This document shows, in pieces, positions 10,983 to 19,488 of a DNA stretch of 19,488 nucleotides (its first letter is position 1; each line of letters opens with the position of its first letter). A model generated the notes under the pieces. That model worked only from the letters and a program-made list of their open reading frames with translations. It ran no database searches and was not told the origin of the DNA. The position numbers and the translations under genes are program-made. This DNA comes from Octopus sinensis (taxonomy: Eukaryota), in assembly GCF_006345805.1 (NCBI RefSeq), contig NW_021824240.1, forward strand, positions 1 to 19,488, given 5' to 3'.

Positions 10983-11671
10983 TCTCCCTCTTTGTTTTCT
11001 TTCTCCTTTCTCTCTCACTTTCCCACTATCTTACTCTTCCTTTCTCTCGGACTCTCCCCGCTTTCTCTCTTACTCCTCTATCTTTATGTATGCTCTCTCC
11101 CTTATATAAACAACAAAGATCTTGAGTAAGTTGAGAAATAAATATTTAGAAAGATCAATCATAAATATCAGGCAGTTACAAAGAAAGGTCTGCTTCAAGA
11201 CAGACAGCAAAACACTAACATTTAAAAGGGACAGACAACTTACGCGAGTGAATAAAAATAATAAATATTGGAAACCAAAGTTTGAAGGGATAGAATTTGA
11301 GGATAGTAGAGTCACCATGGCTGGCATTTCTTAACGACGACAGCAACGTATTGACAGTTCAACGGCTGGCCGTAAAATTTTGAACTTGATGTAAAAGAAA
11401 ATCCTAAAAACCAAGTTTGACTTGATTCTTTCTCACGACAGTAGACTCACGATGGCAAGCATTCAAAACTTCTTCATCATGGACGGCAACACATTGACGA
11501 TTAAAGGCTGGCGCAAATTTTTTAGCTTGATGTAACAGAGAATAACTAACACCCGCTCCTTTAAATTTTAATAATCCCCTTCCAGCCCCATTTCTACCCC
11601 TTTTCACCTTTTGGTTAATATAACCCGATTTCATTTGGGTCTACTGGGGCCAACATTTTTTAAAGATGAGG

Positions 11672-11912
11672 ACTCAACCAAGTTTCCCAAGTTCTGGTCA
11701 TAGACCATAGAACACTCAACCAAGTTTCCCGCTTTCTGGTCATAGACCATAGAACAGTCCCACGCAAGTTTCCCGAGCTCTGGTCATAGACCATAGAACA
11801 CTCAACCAAGTTTCCCGAGTTCTGGTCATAGACCATAGAACACTCAACCAAGTTTCCCGAGTTCTGGTCATAGACCATAAACACTAAACCAAGTTTCCCG
11901 ATTTCTGGTCAT
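11672..11912 (+). repeat. 42-bp minisatellite, ~5.7 copies
   Basis: Unit actcaaccaagtttcccgagttctggtcatagaccatagaac repeated head-to-tail with few substitutions or indels and no spacers. Confidence 0.95.
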
Positions 11913-13087
11913 TTGCAGAATAAATAGAGACGGCGGAGGTGGCAGACGTCGTTGCAATGTAAACATGATTTGTTTATAAGAGAAAGATTATCCAGATTGT
12001 GTGTTGGTGGTGGTGGTGGCGATGATAATTATCTTTAAGAATGGAGATAAGAGAAATTGAATGGGAGTTAGAGGTAGAAAAGAAGTGTAAATTTTGGAGT
12101 GAATCCGACGGGATGTATTGGCTTTAACCCCGGTAAAAAGAAAAATATCTGTTGCGTTTCTGAAGAGGTGAAGTAGGAATATTGAAACTTTTGCGGCTGT
12201 CATTGATAGACTCGTTGTAGAATAAATAGAGAGGGACTAAAAAAGAGAGAGCTCGAGAAGAAAAGTGATATATGAAAGAGAGGACGGAAATGAATATTTT
12301 TCAATGTAAACATGATTTGTTTTTAAGAGAAAGATTGTCATGATTGTGTGTTGGTGGTGTTGGTGGTGCGATGATAATTATCATTAGAAAAGAGTGAGTG
12401 AGTGAGGAGACATAAGTTGTGGCGATGATAATTGTAGACCCCTTTTCACATTTTGATGAAGAGAACCCGATTTCATTCGGGTGTACTGGGCCACATATAG
12501 GTTGTGTGTGTGGTTGTGTGTGTGTGTGTGTGGTGTGTGTGTGTGTGTGTGCACGCTGTAGAAATTAAATTAGAGATAACCACAATAGGGAAATGAAACA
12601 GTACAAAAAAACAAAACCACCATAAAAAAAATAATATATATTAGATATATGTATATATGTGTGTGTGTGTGTTGACAGGTAGACAATAGAAATGCGATGG
12701 CGATGGCGATGTAATTTTTGTTTCTGTCTATGAAACTGATAGATACATGAGTAAAATGTATGGGAAGCTAAGAGATAAGAGGAGTGAAATGTTCTTGGAA
12801 ACAGAGGAAACAGCGAGAGAGTGATTTGAGGAAGACTTTACATTAAATAACCGTAGTGGCATTGTCAAATGAAGAGGAGTGAGAGAGTACTGGAGCAAGT
12901 AGGGTGAGTGAGGAAGATGGCCCCTAGCAACCACACCTTTTAAGATATGGATTTCTAAGGTAGCCCACGCGCATCGTCACCTCATTCTACATGTCCCTGT
13001 AAATTTTGGAGCGAATCGGACGGGATGTAGTGGCATTGAAAGCGATCCAAGCGGTAATACATATATATATATATGTATGCATATATA

Positions 13088-13688
13088 TACCTGCTGCAAA
13101 TAACAGCCAAAACTCTTATTTAAATCGCCAAAATACACTGATGATAACTCCAGAAATCAACTGTAGGCAGATGAGGTTAAGACAATCTCCCAACGTACAT
13201 TTAAATATTTGGACTCACGTGGACCGGTTTCTGCAATGGCAAAAAATAACCCTAGCTTCTTCAGCACGCGTTGCCATGATAGAGACTTCCAGCCTATTGT
13301 TTAGAAGTCTGCGCCGCATCTGATTCGTTTTGCGCCGAAGTCATTGCAGCCACCAGTGTGGAAATAATCTCGATAGTGGGGCAAACAATCAACGAGAAAT
13401 ATAATTAACGAAAAATTACTTTTGCGCAGATATTATTAATTTTGATATTATCTAGTGTAACTATTTAAAAAATGATAATAACAGAATCAATAATATAGGA
13501 GATTACAGGCCAAAAAAAGCATTAAAAAGCTGAAGAATTAAAAGTTAATCAAAGGACATACCATGTATGTCTACCTGCTGGAAATAACAGTCATAACTCT
13601 TATTTAAATCGCCAAAGTACGCTAATGATAACTATAGAAATCAGCCGAAAGCAAATCAGGTTAAGACAATCTCCCAACGTCCATTTAA
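13088..13688 (+). repeat. 117-bp direct repeat pair (13088-13204 / 13572-13688)
   Basis: Manual ungapped alignment gives 102/117 identity, with a 367-bp unique spacer. Confidence 0.9.
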
Positions 13689-13717
13689 GTCTCTATCATG
13701 ATAATATTTCGTGAATT

Positions 13718-13840
13718 ATGTATGTATGTATGTATGTATGTATGTATGTATGTATGTATGTATGTATGTATGTATGTATGTAGGTAGGTAGGTAGGTATG
13801 TATGTATGTATGTATGTATGTATTATGTATAGATTGATAT

Positions 13841-13901
<61 letters not shown>

Positions 13902-13930
13902 CAGATAGATAGATAGATAGATAGACAGAC
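13718..13930. repeat. Compound microsatellite (TATG)n-(TAGG)n-(GATA)n
   Basis: Directly visible. Confidence 0.95.
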
Positions 13931-14058
13931 AGGCAATCCGTCAGAGGCAAAGACAGGCAGATTGACATTTTTTAATGATATTTTTATATAATTGAAGTAT
14001 TATAGTCGAATGAATCGACCCAGTACATTTTTTATGCCTGTTACTTATTGTGTTGATG

Positions 14059-14059
14059 T

Positions 14060-14099
<40 letters not shown>

Positions 14100-14202
14100 T
14101 GTGTGTGTGTGTGGTGTGTGTGTGTGTGTGTGTGTATGTGTGTGGTGGTGTGTGTGTGTGTGTGTGTGTGTGTGTTGTGTGTGTGTGTTTGTGTGTGTGT
14201 GT
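14059..14202. repeat. (GT)n microsatellite, ~140 bp
   Basis: Directly visible. Confidence 0.95.
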
Positions 14203-14695
14203 ACATATTTCCCTACGGATCAGTCCTCTCTGCTCAAAGAAACTAGTCATTGTATTTTTTTTCTTATTCGACGATGTTTGTGCATCCTCCGATTGTAGCG
14301 CCTGCGGTTAGTTTTCTTGCTGACAGGCAATGGCGACAGCATTCATGAAACTTTGTTACGTTTCTTGTTTCGTCTCCGTGAAGGCTTTGAAGTTGCTATT
14401 AATTGGAGGAAGTTATCTTCTCTAATGGAATATCGGTCGGATGTTCTCTTTCTTTAAGGAATCATTTAAGCATCGTAGCAACACGGATTCCTGAAACTAT
14501 CTTAGCCGAGTCAACAATATCGATAAGCAGACCAAAGCCAAACCAAGTCGCACACTGCAAACATATCGGAGACATTTTGAGAAATTCCGGTTTGAAATTG
14601 GACCTTACTTTATTCCAACAGGTGTCAGATCTTTAAATATTTTCGTAGGACATTTAATTTATTCCAAGAAGTCGATTTGCGACGATCTAACTTAC

Positions 14696-14767
14696 ATTAA
14701 CAACTTCAGTTTGGTTGTCTCGTTGACAACCGCCGTCTGGCTCTTTACGTCACGAGAATGATTGAAA
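14696..14767 (-). other. Candidate 72-nt exon
   Basis: Minus strand: pyrimidine-rich ttttctcttccattaccatgtttgtaactgcctccttaacAG acceptor and GTAAGT donor (14690-14695). Only one frame is open (FNHSRDVKSQTAVVNETTKLKLL). No homology recognised. Confidence 0.3.
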
Positions 14768-15280
14768 CTGTTAAGGAGGCAGTTACAAACATGGTAATGG
14801 AAGAGAAAATACTTATGGTAGGGAATTCACACGGTGGACTGTGGCTAATACGGAAGGCGGGGTTATAGTGTCAGATAACAACAAAGGTAAGATACGTATT
14901 GTGCCCCAAAATATTTGTCATATAATATGAGAGAAGCTCGCAGGTGAAGTTAATAGGGTAAGAAATCCCCGGAACATCTGGGACTGATGTGCAATGTAAG
15001 TTATCTTGGGATATGTTATGCTCTTTTATGTCCATACAATAGAAACATATGCGATGGCGAAACTTGAGTAAGACAACTGATTGTCCATGGGAGTATAGGT
15101 TGTGCTACCTTTTAGCATTTTCTAGTAGCAGGCCAATTATGTCTCGCTGTGTACTTACAGATGCAATAAAGTAAAAAGGAAGCAGCGTAGGTTCAGTGAG
15201 AGGCTAAAATGCAAACTGTACTTGTAATAAGAGAAATTATTGTACTTTAGAAGGGAAATGACTAAGTATGCACTAATGGT

Positions 15281-16063
15281 GGCCTGGGCTTGGCTGTGTG
15301 GTAAGAAGCTTGCTTTCCAGCCAGCTATATAGTTCCGGTCCAGTCTCACTGTGTGGCACCTTGGACAAGTTTCTTCTAATATCGCCTTGGGCTGACCGAA
15401 GCCATGTGAATGGATATGCTAAGCAGAAACTGGAATAAGCCTGTCGTATCATCATCATCATCATCGTTTAACGTCTGCTTTCCATGCTAGTATGGGTTGG
15501 ACGATTTGACTGAGTACTGGCGAACCAGATGGCTGCACCAGGCTCCAATCTGATCCGGCAGAGTTTCTACAGTTGGATGCCCTTCCTAACGCCAACCACT
15601 CCGAGAGTTTAATAGGTGCTTTTACGTGCCACCGACACGAGGGCCAGTCGGGCGATGCTGGCAATGGCCACGTTCAAATGGTGTTTGTTACGTTCCACCT
15701 ACACAGGAGCCAGTCCAGCGGCACTGGCAACGACCTCGTTGGAAGGTTTTTGTACGTGCCACCGGCACGGAAACCTGTCAGCTGCTCTGGCAATGATCAC
15801 GCACGGATGGTGCTCTTAGCGGTCCACGGGTATGGGTGCCAGTAATCGAATTTGATTCGATATATTATATATATATATATGTGTGTGTATGTGTGTGTGG
15901 CTTGGTGGGTGGGTGCGTGCGTGCGTGTGTGTCTGTGTATGTGTACTTGTTTCTGCATTTGTCTCTCACTATCGCTTGACAACCGATGCTGGGGTGTTTA
16001 CGTCCTCTCGTAATTTAGCGGTTCGGTAAAGGGACCTATAGAATAAGAACCAGACTTTTAAAA
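15281..16063 (+). mobile_element. tRNA-derived CORE-like SINE, copy 2, more diverged and split by a nested insertion
   Basis: 5' half 15281-15449 (tggctgtgtggtaagaagcttg...gtggcaccttggacaagt...aagcctgtcgtat). 3' half about 15861-16063 (TA/TG tract, atcgcttgacaaccgatgctgg...ttagcggttcgg...atagaataag), collinear with 18745-19139. Confidence 0.85.
15448..15860 (-). mobile_element. Second SINE-like retroelement family, copy nested in antisense inside the CORE-like SINE
   Basis: (cat)n-cgtttaacgtc...ggatgcccttcctaacgccaaccac followed by four ~65-bp units (ggtgcttttacgtgcc-type heads at 15615, 15680, 15745, 15809). Homologous to 10671-10982. Confidence 0.85.
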
Positions 16064-16209
16064 CAGTACCGATGTATACATACACACAAACGAACAATAC
16101 GCACTCACACACAGTATATATGAATATAATATAAATATATATATATATTATTTTATATATATATATATATATAGTATATATATATAATATATTATATATA
16201 TATACATAT

Positions 16210-16258
<49 letters not shown>

Positions 16259-16401
16259 TACAATAAGGTAAGATCAACAAAAAGAAATACTCCATCCAGT
16301 GAGAGATAAATATCACTTGATGCACTCAATGCATAAGTTACGAGTTAATGTATATATATAATATATATATAATATATATAATATATATATATATATATAA
16401 T

Positions 16402-16441
<40 letters not shown>

Positions 16442-16574
16442 ACATACATATATATGTATGTGTGTGTGTGTAAATGTTATGCCTACGTAGAAATATAACA
16501 TATAATATATAGACATATACATACATAATATATATTTAGAGAGAGGATGAGGAAAGGAGAGGGAGATAGATAAG

Positions 16575-16681
<107 letters not shown>

Positions 16682-16777
16682 GCTTACGTGCAAGATATAC
16701 ATACAAACATGCATACATATGTAAAAACATACATATACCTATATAAACACACATCCATACAAACATGCTCACACATT

Positions 16778-16912
16778 GATGATGATGACGTCGACGACGA
16801 CTACGACATGGATGATGATTAGGATGATGATGGTGATGATGATGATGATGATGATGATGATGAGGATGAGGATGAAGATGATGAGGATGATAATTTGATG
16901 ATGATGATGATG
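16778..16912. repeat. Degenerate (GAT)n trinucleotide repeat
   Basis: Directly visible. Confidence 0.9.
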
Positions 16913-17426
16913 GCTTTGACGGCGGCAACGATGAAGATCCTTCTCACGTTCAAGACGAATATGAATATTCAGGCGTCTGAGCATATTTCAAACATTGCCT
17001 CCTCCGTATAAAACCCAGATTTTTATATAATACTTCTCTTACAGCATCAGGCGAAATTTTGAATCCATATTTTATAAACATATCAAAAACAAAATATGTT
17101 TCTCTTTTGTTTAATATTCTTCTTTCAAATTCGTTTGTGTTGTAGTTGGAGCACATCAGATTAAGACTGTAAATCTAACAATATGTAAACAGAACAAGAA
17201 GCAAAAAGAAAAAATACGAACAAACAGTTTGAAAGAAATCTTAGGCGAAGATTTTAGAAAATGTGGTAAGGAAATTACAATTTTTCTAATCTGATCAACC
17301 TAAAGTGATGAAATTAAGAAACCAAATCGAATCCGCTTCTTTAAAGTATGCAGCTGTACTTAGAACTGTAGATGCTATTAACACAATAAGTATGCGAAAG
17401 CAATGCATAGTATATAGGCATGCGCT

Positions 17427-17759
17427 TATATATATATATATATTATTATATATATATATACATGTAATATACATGTTATATATACAATATATATACATAT
17501 ATATATAAATATATATATATATTTATATATAATATATATAATATATATATACATATATATATATGTAAAATATATATATAGAGATAGATGTTATATATAT
17601 ATATATACTTATATATATATACTTATATATATATGTATATGTACATATGTTTGTGTCTATATAAATATATATATACATATGTATATGTCTATGTATGTAT
17701 GTATATATATAGATATATTATATATATATATGTGTGTGTGTGTGTATGAATCTATGTAT

Positions 17760-17793
<34 letters not shown>

Positions 17794-18250
17794 TACGTAT
17801 ATACGTATGTGTATATATTTTAATATGTATATTTATATGCACATATAAGCAGAGAGTGCAACTAGGGAGAAATACAGATAAATATATTACACATTAAATT
17901 TGAGTTGTGTGTGTGTGTATGCTTACGCATATATTGGAATTATATATATATAATAGTGAGTATATATAATATATAATATATTATAATATATATATATATA
18001 TATATACATTCATACAATACATACATAAATGCATACAATACATGCATACATATACCTATAAATATATATTATGTAAATATATCTATATTATATGTTATAT
18101 ATATATGTATATATATATAATAATATATATGTACGTATATGTATTTATGTATGTATATATATATATATATTATATATATATATATAAATACATACATACA
18201 CACATACATATATATACATATATATATATATACACACACACACATATATA

Positions 18251-18281
<31 letters not shown>

Positions 18282-18315
18282 CATACATATATATATATAT
18301 GCATATACATATGTA
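17427..18315. repeat. Long degenerate (TA)n/(TG)n/(CA)n low-complexity tract
   Basis: Directly visible; similar tracts occur at about 100-515, 8820-9230, 9470-9710, 9890-10340 and 16110-16680. Confidence 0.9.
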
Positions 18316-18744
18316 TAGCCTTAGACGTAGCCACTCAAACTCTTCTACTTACAATATAAGCATGTATCTAAGAAAGTATGCCTGGATGTATAAAGCATGA
18401 CATAGGAGAAAGAATATCTTAAGCGAACGAGATACGTATTTGCTGAGAGAGAAGTAGAAAGAAAGAGAGAGAGAGAGAATGAGTGAGTGGGAGAGAGAGA
18501 CACTGAGAGAAAGATGAAATGAGTAAGAGAGAGAGAGAGAGACGGAGAGTGAGATAGACTGATAAAGGAGAGAGTCAGACTGATAAACATTTTCCTGTTA
18601 GATTTGTTCTATAATTTATTTTCAAATACACATTTGAGGGAGCTGTGAATACACAGTATACAAATAAATAGTACTCACATGCATACATACACACACAGAC
18701 GTGCGCGCACACATACGTATGCACGCACACACCCACATATATTT

Positions 18745-19139
18745 AGGAGTGGCTGTGTGGTAAGTAGTTTGCTTACCAACCACATGGTTCCGGGTTCATT
18801 CCCATTGCGTGGCACCTTGGGTAAGTGTCTTCTACTGTAGCCTCGGGCTGACCAAAGCCTTGTGAGTGGATTTGGTAGACGGAAACTGAAAGAAGCCCGT
18901 CGTATATATGTATATATATGTGTGTGCGTGTTTGCGTGTCTGTGTTTGTCCCCCCAACATCGCTTGACAACCGATGCTGGTGTGTTTACGTCCCCGTAAC
19001 TTAGCGGTTCGGCAAAAGAGACCGATAGAATAAGTACTAGGCTTACAAAGAATAAGTCCTGGGGTAGATTTGCTCGATTAAAAGGTGGTGCTCTAGCATG
19101 GCCAGTCAAATTACTGAAACAAGTAAAAGAGAGTAAAAG
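18745..19139 (+). mobile_element. tRNA-derived CORE-like SINE, copy 3 (near full length)
   Basis: aggagtggctgtgtgg (A-box), ggttcattcc (B-box-like), gtggcaccttgggtaagtg (CORE-like), internal TA/TG tract, 3' tail tgaaacaagtaaaagagagtaaaag. Confidence 0.92.
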
Positions 19140-19152
19140 GTATATATATATA

Positions 19153-19488
19153 GGCGCAGGAGTGGCTGTGTGGTAAGTAGCTTGCTAACCAGCCATATGG
19201 TTCCGGGTTCAGTCCCACTGCGTGGAATCTTGGGCAAGTGTCTTCTGCTATAGCCCCGAGCCGACCAATGCCTTGTGAGTGGATTTGGTAGACGGAAACT
19301 GAAAGAAGCCTGTCGTATATATGTACATGTATGTATGTGTATATATTTGTGTATCTGTGTTTGTACCCCTGGTGTGTTTAAATCCCCGTCACCTAGCGGT
19401 TCGGCAAAAGAGACCGATAGAATAGTACTGGGCTTACAAAGAATAAGTCCCGGGGTCGAGTTGCTCGACTAAAGGCGGTGCTCCAGCA
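19153..19488 (+). mobile_element. tRNA-derived CORE-like SINE, copy 4 (intact 5' end; runs off the window)
   Basis: Starts ggcgcaggag, A-box tggctgtgtgg 19163-19173, B-box-like ggttcagtcc 19206-19215. It lacks the catcgcttgacaaccgatg segment present in copy 3. Confidence 0.92.

Larger units (their letters stand above)
10603..13060 (-). mobile_element. Putative non-autonomous Helitron-like element (3' end at 10603; 5' boundary uncertain)
   Basis: The minus strand reads acccgc-gcgtaga-gcgggt (GC hairpin, 10616-10634), then 9 nt, then CTAG (10603-10606) followed by T, matching the Helitron 3' signature. The body is a mosaic of internal duplications and a minisatellite. No Rep/helicase coding remnant was seen. 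Possible A^TC 5' end at 12645, otherwise near 13060. Confidence 0.5.

Noticed and set aside
11672-11912. CRISPR-like array, or repeat protein MVYDQNSGNLVECS (ORF 11660-11884)
   Set aside because: Units are contiguous with no unique spacers, there are no cas genes, and the context is eukaryotic. The peptide repeat only reflects a 42-bp unit and shifts frame at an indel.
13088-13688. LTR retrotransposon or TRIM
   Set aside because: The repeats lack TG...CA termini, and no PBS, polypurine tract or TSD was seen; kept only as a direct repeat.
14403-14761. Plus-strand ORF 14403-14636 and a Met-less open frame at about 14495-14761
   Set aside because: No recognisable domain and no convincing flanking splice pair on the plus strand.
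15461-15845. GC-rich ORFs at 15461-15845, 10553-10813, 18675-19109 and 19275-19472
   Set aside because: All lie within multi-copy SINE-like elements and the frames are not preserved between copies.
19153-19225. tRNA gene
   Set aside because: A- and B-box-like motifs are present but continue into a multi-copy SINE body; no convincing cloverleaf.

Overview
Eukaryotic, very AT-rich, microsatellite-saturated intronic or intergenic DNA. The SINE families look like those of octopod cephalopods (Octopus-like); this is an inference from remembered repeat sequences, not a search result. No intact, identifiable protein-coding gene, rRNA, tRNA or CRISPR array is present, and most of the supplied ORFs are artefacts of (TA)n, (CA)n, (CATA)n, (GATA)n, (GAA)n and (GAT)n tracts. 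Supported content: (1) a dead, near-complete Tc1-like DD34E DNA transposon with both TIRs (519-1711); (2) four copies of a tRNA-derived CORE-like SINE; (3) two copies of a second short retroelement with ~65-bp internal repeats and a (GAT)n tail, one nested inside a CORE-like SINE; (4) two stacked 5'-truncated R4/Dong-like RLE non-LTR retrotransposon fragments ending in (TAA)n; (5) a Helitron-like 3' terminus followed by a ~2.4-kb patchwork that contains a 42-bp minisatellite; (6) several local inverted and direct repeats. A few non-repetitive islands (about 2880-3720, 13200-13400, 14200-15280, 16920-17410) carry good splice signals and may be exons of an unidentified gene or lncRNA. One holds a hairpin with an A-C mismatch that is a testable A-to-I recoding candidate. 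I did not find convincing evidence of a novel multi-gene system.
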